A DNA stretch of 64,000 bases. Origin: Auanema rhodensis (lineage: Eukaryota > Animalia > Nematoda). Positions 12,301 through 25,623 of the stretch are shown here, one piece after another (position 1 is the stretch's first letter; every line of letters starts with the position of its first letter). Under the pieces are notes generated by a model. That model was given only the letters and a program-made list of their open reading frames with translations. It had not been told where the DNA came from and searched no databases. Location: contig OZ059894.1 in the NCBI GenBank assembly GCA_964057225.1, forward strand, positions 4,960,001 through 5,024,000. The letters are read 5' to 3'. The position numbers and the translations under genes were made by a program.

Positions 12301-15300
12301 AAAATGCACCGAGATATCAACTGATATAAGTTCACACTTATATCCTCCATTTTCACCCTGAAGAATTAATTTTTTTGTTGAATAACATTGTCCATCGTCT
12401 TTGCCTTGAAAAAAGGAATCTAAAAACATCTACTTTTTGCTAAATTATTTTGAAATTTTTCGAAAAAATTTTTGTCAAAATGTTTTTGGAAGCTATGTTG
12501 AGTGTACATGGAAACTCAACATACACTTATGCATCATTTTTCAAACGATCATAACTAATTTTTGTATTAAGCGTTTCTCAATGTAGTATAGTGCATTCGA
12601 TGCGGATTTTCAAGTTGCGTCGATCTGTGTTATCAGATTTGCGCTAGCTTAAAAATGCACCGAGATATCAACTGATATAAGTTCACACTTATATCCTTGA
12701 TTTTCACCCTGGAGAATTAATTTTTTCGTTGAATAACATTGTCCATCGTCTTTGCCTTGAAAAAAGGAATCTAAAAACATCTACTTTTTGCTAAATTATT
12801 TTGAAATTTTTCGAAAAAATTTTTGTCAAAATGTTTTTGGAAGCAATGTTGAGTGTACATGGAAACTCAACATACACTAATGCATCATTTTTCAAACGAT
12901 CATAACTAATTTTTGTATTAAGCGTTTCTCAAACTAGTATAGTGCATTCGATGCGGATTTTCAAGTTGCGTCGATCTGTGTTATCAGATTTGCGCTAGCT
13001 TAAAAATGCACCGAGATATCAACTGATATAAGTTCACACTTATATCCTCCATTTTCACCCTGAAGAATTAATTTTTTCGTTGAATAACATTGTCCATCGT
13101 CTTTGCCTTGAAAAAAGGAATCTAAAAACATCTACTTTTTGCTAAATTATTTTGAAATTTTTCGAAAAAATTTTTGTCAAAATGTTTTTGGAAGCTATGT
13201 TGAGTGTACATGGAAACTCAACATACACTTATGCATCATTTTTCAAACGATCATAACTAATTTTTGTATTAAGCGTTCCTCAATGTAGTATAGTGCATTC
13301 GATGCGGATTTTTAAGTTGCGTCGATCTGTGTTATCAGATTTGCGCTAGCTTAAAAATGCACCGAGATATCAACTGATATAAGTTCACACTTATATCCTC
13401 GATTTTCACCCTGAAGAATTAATTTTTTCGTTGAATAACACTGTCCATCGTCTTTGCCTTGAAAAAAGGAATCTAAAAACATCTACTTTTTGCTAAATTA
13501 TTTTGAAATTTTTCGAAAAAATTTTTGTCAAAATGTTTTTGGAAGCTATGTTGAGTGTACATGGAAACTCAACATACACTAATGCATCATTTTTCAAACG
13601 ATCATAACTAATTTTTGTATTAAGCGTTTCTCAAAGTAGTATAGTGCATTCGATGCGGATTTCCAAGCTGCGTCGATCTGTGTTATCAGATTTGCGCTAG
13701 CTTAAAAATGCACCGAGATATCAACTGATATAAGTTCACACTTATATCCTCCATTTTCACCCTGAAGAATTAATTTTTTCGTTGAATAACATCGTCCATC
13801 GTCTTTGCCTTGAAAAAAGGAATCTAAAAACATCTACTTTTTGCTAAATTATTTTGAAATTTTTCGAAAAAATTTTTGTCAAAATGTTTTTGGAAGCTAT
13901 GTTGAGTGTACATGGAAACTCAACATACACTTATGCATCATTTTTCAAACGATCATAACTAATTTTTGTATTAAGCGTTCCTCAATGTAGTATAGTGCAT
14001 TCGATGCGGATTTTTAAGTTGCGTCGATCTGTGTTATCAGATTTGCGCTAGCTTAAAAATGCACCGAGATATCAACTGATATAAGTTCACACTTATATCC
14101 TCGATTTTCACCCTGAAGAATTAATTTTTTCGTTGAATAACATTGTCCATCGTCTTTGCCTTAAAAAAAGGAATCTAAAAACATCTACTTTTTGCTAAAT
14201 TATTTTGAAATTTTTCGAAAAAATTTTTGTCAAAATGTTTTTGGAAGCTATGTTGAGTGTACATGGAAACTCAACATACACTAATGCATCATTTTTCAAA
14301 CGATCATAACTAATTTTTGTATTAAGCGTTTCTCAAAGTAGTATAGTGCATTCGATGCGGATTTCCAAGCTGCGTCGATCTGTGTTATCAGATTTGCGCT
14401 AGCTTAAAAATGCACCGAGATATCAACTGATATAAGTTCACACTTATATCCTCCATTTTCACCCTGAAGAATTAATTTTTTCGTTGAATAACATCGTCCA
14501 TCGTCTTTGCCTTGAAAAAAGGAATCTGAAAACATCTACTTTTTGCTAAATTATTTTGAAATTTTTCGAAAAAATTTTTGTCAAAATGTTTTTGGAAGCT
14601 ATGTTGAGTGTACATGGAAACTCAACATACACTTATGCATCATTTTTCAAACGATCATAACTAATTTTTGTATTAAGCGTTCCTCAATGTAGTATAGTGC
14701 ATTCGATGCGGATTTTTAAGCTGCGTCGATCTGTGTTATCAGATTTGCGCTAGCTTAAAAATGCACCGAGATATCAACTGATATAAGTTCACACTTATAT
14801 CCTTGATTTTCACCCTGAAGAATTAATTTTTTCGTTGAATAACATTGTCCATCGTCTTTGCCTTGAAAAAAGGAATCTAAAAACATCTACTTTTTGCTAA
14901 ATTATTTTGAAATTTTTCGAAAAAATTTTTGTCAAAATGTTTTTGGAAGCTATGTTGAGTTAACATGGAAACTCAACATACACTAATGCATCATTTTTCA
15001 AACGATCATAACTAATTTTTGTATTAAGCGTTTCTCAAAGTAGTATAGTGCATTCGATGCGGATTTCCAAGCTGCGTCGATCTGTGTTATCAGATTTGCG
15101 CTAGCTTAAAAATGCACCGAGATATCAACTGATATAAGTTCACACTTATATCCTCCATTTTCACCCTGAAGAATTAATTTTTTCGTTGAATAACATTGTC
15201 CATCGTCTTTGCCTTGAAAAAAGGAATCTAAAAACATCTACTTTTTGCTAAATTATTTTGAAATTTTTCGAAAAAATTTTTGTCAAAATGTTTTTGGAAG

Positions 15301-15444
15301 CTATGTTGAGTGTACATGGAAACTCAACATACACTTATGCATCATTTTTCAAACGATCATAACTAATTTTTGTATTAAGCGTTCCTCAATGTAGTATAGT
15401 GCATTCGATGCGGATTTTTAAGCTGCGTCGATCTGTGTTATCAG

Positions 15445-17550
15445 ATTTGCGCTAGCTTGAAAATGCACCGAGATATCAACTGATATAAGTTCACACTTAT
15501 ATCCTTGATTTTCACCCTGGAGAATTAATTTTTTCGTTGAATAACATTGTCCATCGTCTTTGCCTCGAAAAAAGGAATCTAAAAACATCTACTTTTTGCT
15601 AAATTATTTTGAAATTTTTCGAAAAAATTTTTGTCAAAATGTTTTTGGAAGCAATGTTGAGTGTACATGGAAACTCAACATACACTTATGCATCATTTTT
15701 CAAACGATCATAACTAATTTTTGTATTAAGCGTTTCTCAAAGTAGTATAGTGCATTCGATGCGGATTTTTAAGCTGCGTCGATCTGTGTTATCAGATTTG
15801 CGCTAGCTTAAAAATGCACCGAGATATCAACTGATATAAGTTCACACTTATATCCTTGATTTTCACCCTGGAGAATTAATTTTTTCGTTGAATAACATTG
15901 TCCATCGTCTTTGCCTTGAAAAAAGGAATCTAAAAACATTTACTTTTTGCTAAATTATTTTGAAATTTTTCGAAAAAATTTTTGTCAAAATGTTTTTGGA
16001 AGCAATGTTGAGTGTACATGGAAACTCAACATACACTAATGCATCATTTTTCAAACGATCATAACTAATTTTTGTATTAAGCGTTTCTCAAAGTAGTATA
16101 GTGCATTCGATGCGGATTTTCAAGTTGCGTCGATCTGTGTTATCAGATTTGCGCTAGCTTAAAAATGCACCGAGATATCAACTGATATAAGTTCACACTT
16201 ATATCCTCGATTTTCACCCTGAAGAATTAATTTTTTCGTTGAATAACATTGTCCATCGTCTTTGCCTTGAAAAAAGGAATCTAAAAACATCTACTTTTTG
16301 CTAAATTATTTTGAAAGTTTTCGAAAAAATTTTTGTCAAAATGTTTTTGGAAGCTATGTTGAGTGTACATGGAAACTCAACATACACTAATGCATCATTT
16401 TTCAAACGATCATAACTAATTTTTGTATTAAGCGTTTCTCAAAGTAGTATAGTGCATTCGATGCGGATTTTCAAGTTGCGTCGATCTGTGTTATCAGATT
16501 TGCGCTAGCTTAAAAATGCACCGAGATATCAACTGATATAAGTTCACACTTATATCCTCGATTTTCACCCTGAAGAATTAATTTTTTCGTTGAATAACAT
16601 TGTCCATCGTCTTTGCCTTGAAAAAAGGAATCTAAAAACATCTACTTTTTGCTAAATTATTTTGAAATTTTTCGAAAAAATTTTTGTCAAAATGTTTTTG
16701 GAAGCTATGTTGAGTGTACATGGAAACTCAACATACACTAATGCATCATTTTTCAAACGATCATAACTAATTTTTGTATTAAGCGTTTCTCAAAGTAGTA
16801 TAGTGCATTCGATGCGGATTTCCAAGCTGCGTCGATCTGTGTTATCAGATTTGCGCTAGCTTAAAAATGCACCGAGATATCAACTGATATAAGTTCACAC
16901 TTATATCCTCCATTTTCACCCTGAAGAATTAATTTTTTCGTTGAATAACATTGTCCATCGTCTTTGCCTCGAAAAAAGGAATCTAAAAACATCTACTTTT
17001 TGCTAAATTATTTTGAAATTTTTCGAAAAAATTTTTGTCAAAATGTTTTTGGAAGCTATGTTGAGTGTACATGGAAACTCAACATACACTTATGCATCAT
17101 TTTTCAAACGATCATAACTAATTTTTGTATTAAGCGTTTCTCAAAGTAGTATAGTGCATTCGATGCGGATTTTTAAGCTGCGTCGATCTGTGTTATCAGA
17201 TTTGCGCTAGCTTAAAAATGCACCGAGATATCAACTGATATAAGTTCACACTTATATCCTTGATTTTCACCCTGGAGAATTAATTTTTTCGTTGAATAAC
17301 ATTGTCCATCGTCTTTGCCTTGAAAAAAGGAATCTAAAAACATTTACTTTTTGCTAAATTATTTTGAAATTTTTCGAAAAAATTTTTGTCAAAATGTTTT
17401 TGGAAGCAATGTTGAGTGTACATGGAAACTCAACATACACTAATGCATCATTTTTCAAACGATCATAACTAATTTTTGTATTAAGCGTTTCTCAAAGTAG
17501 TATAGTGCATTCGATGCGGATTTTCAAGTTGCGTCGATCTGTGTTATCAG
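15445..17550. repeat. Local 4-monomer (1404-bp) duplication
   Basis: C122 at 15566 and 16970. T145 (CATTTACT) is in the following monomers, m46 and m50. Both marker pairs are 1404 bp apart. Confidence 0.85.
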
Positions 17551-19656
17551 ATTTGCGCTAGCTTAAAAATGCACCGAGATATCAACTGATATAAGTTCAC
17601 ACTTATATCCTCGATTTTCACCCTGAAGAATTAATTTTTTCGTTGAATAACATTGTCCATCGTCTTTGCCTTGAAAAAAGGAATCTAAAAACATCTACTT
17701 TTTGCTAAATTATTTTGAAATTTTTCGAAAAAATTTTTGTCAAAATGTTTTTGGAAGCTATGTTGAGTGTACATGGAAACTCAACATACACTAATGCATC
17801 ATTTTTCAAACGATCATAACTAATTTTTGTATTAAGCGTTTCTCAAAGTAGTATAGTGCATTCGATGCGGATTTCCAAGCTGCGTCGATCTGTGTTATCA
17901 GATTTGCGCTAGCTTAAAAATGCACCGAGATATCAACTGATATAAGTTCACACTTATATCCTCCATTTTCACCCTGAAGAATTAATTTTTTCGTTGAATA
18001 ACATTGTCCATCGTCTTTGCCTTGAAAAAAGGAATCTAAAAACATCTACTTTTTGCTAAATTATTTTGAAATTTTTCGAAAAAATTTTTGTCAAAATGTT
18101 TTTGGAAGCTATGTTGAGTGTACATGGAAACTCAACATACACTTATGCATCATTTTTCAAACGATCATAACTAATTTTTGTATTAAGCGTTCCTCAATGT
18201 AGTATAGTGCATTCGATGCGGATTTTTAAGCTGCGTCGATCTGTGTTATCAGATTTGCGCTAGCTTAAAAATGCACCGAGATATCAACTGATATAAGTTC
18301 ACACTTATATCCTTGATTTTCACCCTGGAGAATTAATTTTTTCGTTGAATAACATTGTCCATCGTCTTTGCCTTGAAAAAAGGAATCTAAAAACATCTAC
18401 TTTTTGCTAAATTATTTTGAAATTTTTCGAAAAAATTTTTGTCAAAATGTTTTTGGAAGCTATGTTGAGTGTACATGGAAACTCAACATACACTAATGCA
18501 TCATTTTTCAAACGATCATAACTAATTTTTGTATTAAGCGTTCCTCAATGTAGTATAGTGCATTCGATGCGGATTTTTAAGCTGCGTCGATCTGTGTTAT
18601 CAGATTTGCGCTAGCTTAAAAATGCACCGAGATATCAACTGATATAAGTTCACACTTATATCCTTGATTTTCACCCTGAAGAATTAATTTTTTCGTTGAA
18701 TAACATTGTCCATCGTCTTTGCCTTGAAAAAAGGAATCTAAAAACATCTACTTTTTGCTAAATTATTTTGAAATTTTTCGAAAAAATTTTTGTCAAAATG
18801 TTTTTGGAAGCTATGTTGAGTGTACATGGAAACTCAACATACACTAATGCATCATTTTTCAAACGATCATAACTAATTTTTGTATTAAGCGTTTTTCAAA
18901 GTAGTATAGTGCATTCGATGCGGATTTCCAAGCTGCGTCGATCTGTGTTATCAGATTTGCGCTAGCTTAAAAATGCACCGAGATATCAACTGATATAAGT
19001 TCACACTTATATCCTCCATTTTCACCCTGAAGAATTAATTTTTTCGTTGAATAACATTGTCCATCGTCTTTGCCTTGAAAAAAGGAATCTAAAAACATCT
19101 ACTTTTTGCTAAATTATTTTGAAATTTTTCGAAAAAATTTTTGTCAAAATGTTTTTGGAAGCTATGTTGAGTGTACATGGAAACTCAACATACACTTATG
19201 CATCATTTTTCAAACGATCATAACTAATTTTTGTATTAAGCGTTCCTCAATGTAGTATAGTGCATTCGATGCGGATTTTTAAGCTGCGTCGATCTGTGTT
19301 ATCAGATTTGCGCTAGCTTAAAAATGCACCGAGATATCAACTGATATAAGTTCACACTTATATCCTCCATTTTCACCCTGAAGAATTAATTTTTTCGTTG
19401 AATAACATTGTCCATCGTCTTTGCCTTGAAAAAAGGAATCTAAAAACATCTACTTTTTGCTAAATTATTTTGAAATTTTTCGAAAAAATTTTTGTCAAAA
19501 TGTTTTTGGAAGCTATGTTGAGTGTACATGGAAACTCAACATACACTAATGCATCATTTTTCAAACGATCATAACTAATTTTTGTATTAAGCGTTCCTCA
19601 ATGTAGTATAGTGCATTCGATGCGGATTTTTAAGCTGCGTCGATCTGTGTTATCAG

Positions 19657-22600
19657 ATTTGCGCTAGCTTAAAAATGCACCGAGATATCAACTGATATAA
19701 GTTCACACTTATATCCTTGATTTTCACCCTGAAGAATTAATTTTTTCGTTGAATAACATTGTCCATCGTCTTTGCCTTGAAAAAAGGAATCTAAAAACAT
19801 CTACTTTTTGCTAAATTATTTTGAAATTTTTCGAAAAAATTTTTGTCAAAATGTTTTTGGAAGCTATGTTGAGTGTACATGGAAACTCAACATACACTAA
19901 TGCATCATTTTTCAAACGATCATAACTAATTTTTGTATTAAGCGTTCCTCAATGTAGTATAGTGCATTCGATGCGGATTTTTAAGCTGCGTCGATCTGTG
20001 TTATCAGATTTGCGCTAGCTTAAAAATGCACCGAGATATCAACTGATATAAGTTCACACTTATATCCTTGATTTTCACCCTGGAGAATTAATTTTTTCGT
20101 TGAATAACATTGTCCATCGTCTTTGCCTTGAAAAAAGGAATCTAAAAACATCTACTTTTTGCTAAATTATTTTGAAATTTTTCGAAAAAATTTTTGTCAA
20201 AATGTTTTTGGAAGCAATGTTGAGTGTACATGGAAACTCAACATACACTAATGCATCATTTTTCAAACGATCATAACTAATTTTTGTATTAAGCGTTTCT
20301 CAAAGTAGTATAGTGCATTCGATGCGGATTTTCAAGTTGCGTCGATCTGTGTTATCAGATTTGCGCTAGCTTAAAAATGCACCGAGATATCAACTGATAT
20401 AAGTTCACACTTATATCCTCGATTTTCACCCTGAAGAATTAATTTTTTCGTTGAATAACATTGTCCATCGTCTTTGCCTTGAAAAAAGGAATCTAAAAAC
20501 ATCTACTTTTTGCTAAATTATTTTGAAATTTTTCGAAAAAATTTTTGTCAAAATGTTTTTGGAAGCAATGTTGAGTGTACATGGAAACTCAACATACACT
20601 AATGCATCATTTTTCAAACGATCATAACTAATTTTTGTATTAAGCGTTTCTCAAAGTAGTATAGTGCATTCGATGCGGATTTTCAAGTTGCGTCGATCTG
20701 TGTTATCAGATTTGCGCTAGCTTAAAAATGCACCGAGATAAGAACTGATATAAGTTCACACTTATATCCTCGATTTTCACCCTGAAGAATTAATTTTTTC
20801 GTTGAATAACATTGTCCATCGTCTTTGCCTTGAAAAAAGGAATCTAAAAACATCTACTTTTTGCTAAATTATTTTGAAATTTTTCGAAAAAATTTTTGTC
20901 AAAATGTTTTTGGAAGCTATGTTGAGTGTACATGGAAACTCAACATACACTAATGCATCATTTTTCAAACGATCATAACTAATTTTTGTATTAAGCGTTT
21001 CTCAAAGTAGTATAGTGCATTCGATGCGGATTTCCAAGCTGCGTCGATCTGTGTTATCAGATTTGCGCTAGCTTAAAAATGCACCGAGATATCAACTGAT
21101 ATAAGTTCACACTTATATCCTCCATTTTCACCCTGAAGAATTAATTTTTTCGTTGAATAACATTGTCCATCGTCTTTGCCTTGAAAAAAGGAATCTAAAA
21201 ACATCTACTTTTTGCTAAATTATTTTGAAATTTTTCCAAATAATTTTTGTCAAAATGTTTTTGGAAGCTATGTTGAGTGTACATGGAAACTCAACATACA
21301 CTAATGCATCATTTTTCAAACGATCATAACTAATTTTTGTATTAAGCGTTCCTCAATGTAGTATAGTGCATTCGATGCGGATTTTTAAGCTGCGTCGATC
21401 TGTGTTATCAGATTTGCGCTAGCTTAAAAATGCACCGAGATATCAACTGATATAAGTTCACACTTATATCCTTGATTTTCACCCTGAAGAATTAATTTTT
21501 TCGTTGAATAACATTGTCCATCGTCTTTGCCTTGAAAAAAGGAATCTAAAAACATCTACTTTTTGCTAAATTATTTTGAAATTTTTCGAAAAAATTTTTG
21601 TCAAAATGTTTTTGGAAGCTATGTTGAGTGTACATGGAAACTCAACATACACTAATGCATCATTTTTCAAACGATCATAACTAATTTTTGTATTAAGCGT
21701 TCCTCAATGTAGTATAGTGCATTCGATGCGGATTTTTAAGCTGCGTCGATCTGTGTTATCAGATTTGCGCTAGCTTAAAAATGCACCGAGATATCAACTG
21801 ATATAAGTTCACACTTATATCCTTGATTTTCACCCTGGAGAATTAATTTTTTCGTTGAATAACATTGTCCATCGTCTTTGCCTTGAAAAAAGGAATCTAA
21901 AAACATCTACTTTTTGCTAAATTATTTTGAAATTTTTCGAAAAAATTTTTGTCAAAATGTTTTTGGAAGCAATGTTGAGTGTACATGGAAACTCAACATA
22001 CACTAATGCATCATTTTTCAAACGATCATAACTAATTTTTGTATTAAGCGTTTCTCAAAGTAGTATAGTGCATTCGATGCGGATTTTTAAGCTGCGTCGA
22101 TCTGTGTTATCAGATTTGCGCTAGCTTAAAAATGCACCGAGATATCAACTGATATAAGTTCACACTTATATCCTTGATTTTCACCCTGGAGAATTAATTT
22201 TTTCGTTGAATAACATTGTCCATCGTCTTTGCCTTGAAAAAAGGAATCTAAAAACATCTACTTTTTGCTAAATTATTTTGAAATTTTTCCAAATAATTTT
22301 TGTCAAAATGTTTTTGGAAGCTATGTTGAGTGTACATGGAAACTCAACATACACTAATGCATCATTTTTCAAACGATCATAACTAATTTTTGTATTAAGC
22401 GTTCCTCAATGTAGTATAGTGCATTCGATGCGGATTTTTAAGCTGCGTCGATCTGTGTTATCAGATTTGCGCTAGCTTAAAAATGCACCGAGATATCAAC
22501 TGATATAAGTTCACACTTATATCCTTGATTTTCACCCTGAAGAATTAATTTTTTCGTTGAATAACATTGTCCATCGTCTTTGCCTTGAAAAAAGGAATCT

Positions 22601-25600
22601 AAAAACATCTACTTTTTGCTAAATTATTTTGAAATTTTTCGAAAAAATTTTTGTCAAAATGTTTTTGGAAGCTATGTTGAGTGTACATGGAAACTCAACA
22701 TACACTAATGCATCATTTTTCAAACGATCATAACTAATTTTTGTATTAAGCGTTCCTCAATGTAGTATAGTGCATTCGATGCGGATTTTTAAGCTGCGTC
22801 GATCTGTGTTATCAGATTTGCGCTAGCTTAAAAATGCACCGAGATATCAACTGATATAAGTTCACACTTATATCCTTGATTTTCACCCTGGAGAATTAAT
22901 TTTTTCGTTGAATAACATTGTCCATCGTCTTTGCCTTGAAAAAAGGAATCTAAAAACATCTACTTTTTGCTAAATTATTTTGAAATTTTTCGAAAAAATT
23001 TTTGTCAAAATGTTTTTGGAAGCAATGTTGAGTGTACATGGAAACTCAACATACACTAATGCATCATTTTTCAAACGATCATAACTAATTTTTGTATTAA
23101 GCGTTTCTCAAAGTAGTATAGTGCATTCGATGCGGATTTTCAAGTTGCGTCGATCTGTGTTATCAGATTTGCGCTAGCTTAAAAATGCACCGAGATATCA
23201 ACTGATATAAGTTCACACTTATATCCTCGATTTTCACCCTGAAGAATTAATTTTTTCGTTGAATAACATTGTCCATCGTCTTTGCCTTGAAAAAAGGAAT
23301 CTAAAAACATCTACTTTTTGCTAAATTATTTTGAAATTTTTCGAAAAAATTTTTGTCAAAATGTTTTTGGAAGCAATGTTGAGTGTACATGGAAACTCAA
23401 CATACACTAATGCATCATTTTTCAAACGATCATAACTAATTTTTGTATTAAGCGTTTCTCAAAGTAGTATAGTGCATTCGATGCGGATTTTCAAGTTGCG
23501 TCGATCTGTGTTATCAGATTTGCGCTAGCTTAAAAATGCACCGAGATAAGAACTGATATAAGTTCACACTTATATCCTCGATTTTCACCCTGAAGAATTA
23601 ATTTTTTCGTTGAATAACATTGTCCATCGTCTTTGCCTTGAAAAAAGGAATCTAAAAACATCTACTTTTTGCTAAATTATTTTGAAATTTTTCGAAAAAA
23701 TTTTTGTCAAAATGTTTTTGGAAGCTATGTTGAGTGTACATGGAAACTCAACATACACTAATGCATCATTTTTCAAACGATCATAACTAATTTTTGTATT
23801 AAGCGTTTCTCAAAGTAGTATAGTGCATTCGATGCGGATTTCCAAGCTGCGTCGATCTGTGTTATCAGATTTGCGCTAGCTTAAAAATGCACCGAGATAT
23901 CAACTGATATAAGTTCACACTTATATCCTCCATTTTCACCCTGAAGAATTAATTTTTTCGTTGAATAACATTGTCCATCGTCTTTGCCTTGAAAAAAGGA
24001 ATCTAAAAACATCTACTTTTTGCTAAATTATTTTGAAATTTTTCCAAATAATTTTTGTCAAAATGTTTTTGGAAGCTATGTTGAGTGTACATGGAAACTC
24101 AACATACACTAATGCATCATTTTTCAAACGATCATAACTAATTTTTGTATTAAGCGTTCCTCAATGTAGTATAGTGCATTCGATGCGGATTTTTAAGCTG
24201 CGTCGATCTGTGTTATCAGATTTGCGCTAGCTTAAAAATGCACCGAGATATCAACTGATATAAGTTCACACTTATATCCTTGATTTTCACCCTGAAGAAT
24301 TAATTTTTTCGTTGAATAACATTGTCCATCGTCTTTGCCTTGAAAAAAGGAATCTAAAAACATCTACTTTTTGCTAAATTATTTTGAAATTTTTCGAAAA
24401 AATTTTTGTCAAAATGTTTTTGGAAGCTATGTTGAGTGTACATGGAAACTCAACATACACTAATGCATCATTTTTCAAACGATCATAACTAATTTTTGTA
24501 TTAAGCGTTCCTCAATGTAGTATAGTGCATTCGATGCGGATTTTTAAGCTGCGTCGATCTGTGTTATCAGATTTGCGCTAGCTTAAAAATGCACCGAGAT
24601 ATCAACTGATATAAGTTCACACTTATATCCTTGATTTTCACCCTGGAGAATTAATTTTTTCGTTGAATAACATTGTCCATCGTCTTTGCCTTGAAAAAAG
24701 GAATCTAAAAACATCTACTTTTTGCTAAATTATTTTGAAATTTTTCGAAAAAATTTTTGTCAAAATGTTTTTGGAAGCAATGTTGAGTGTACATGGAAAC
24801 TCAACATACACTAATGCATCATTTTTCAAACGATCATAACTAATTTTTGTATTAAGCGTTTCTCAAAGTAGTATAGTGCATTCGATGCGGATTTTCAAGT
24901 TGCGTCGATCTGTGTTATCAGATTTGCGCTAGCTTAAAAATGCACCGAGATAAGAACTGATATAAGTTCACACTTATATCCTCGATTTTCACCCTGAAGA
25001 ATTAATTTTTTCGTTGAATAACATTGTCCATCGTCTTTGCCTTGAAAAAAGGAATCTAAAAACATCTACTTTTTGCTAAATTATTTTGAAATTTTTCGAA
25101 AAAATTTTTGTCAAAATGTTTTTGGAAGCTATGTTGAGTGTACATGGAAACTCAACATACACTAATGCATCATTTTTCAAACGATCATAACTAATTTTTG
25201 TATTAAGCGTTTCTCAAAGTAGTATAGTGCATTCGATGCGGATTTCCAAGCTGCGTCGATCTGTGTTATCAGATTTGCGCTAGCTTAAAAATGCACCGAG
25301 ATATCAACTGATATAAGTTCACACTTATATCCTCCATTTTCACCCTGAAGAATTAATTTTTTCGTTGAATAACATTGTCCATCGTCTTTGCCTTGAAAAA
25401 AGGAATCTAAAAACATCTACTTTTTGCTAAATTATTTTGAAATTTTTCCAAATAATTTTTGTCAAAATGTTTTTGGAAGCTATGTTGAGTGTACATGGAA
25501 ACTCAACATACACTAATGCATCATTTTTCAAACGATCATAACTAATTTTTGTATTAAGCGTTCCTCAATGTAGTATAGTGCATTCGATGCGGATTTTTAA

Positions 25601-25623
25601 GCTGCGTCGATCTGTGTTATCAG
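19657..25623. repeat. Local 4/5-mer higher-order repeat with an 8-monomer (2808-bp) duplication
   Basis: GATAAGAAC marker at 20741, 23549 and 24953. TTTTTCCAAATAA marker at 21237, 22290, 24045 and 25449. The haplotype order of m57-63 is repeated in m65-71. Confidence 0.85.

Noticed and set aside
15560-15745. 61-aa ORF (+)
   Set aside because: It lies in a satellite monomer and starts at TTG. It is open only because C122 removes a TGA and T243 removes a TAA that are present in most copies. It has no recognisable protein features.
16964-17149. 61-aa ORF (+), near-identical to the previous one
   Set aside because: It is the same chance read-through, copied by the 1404-bp duplication.
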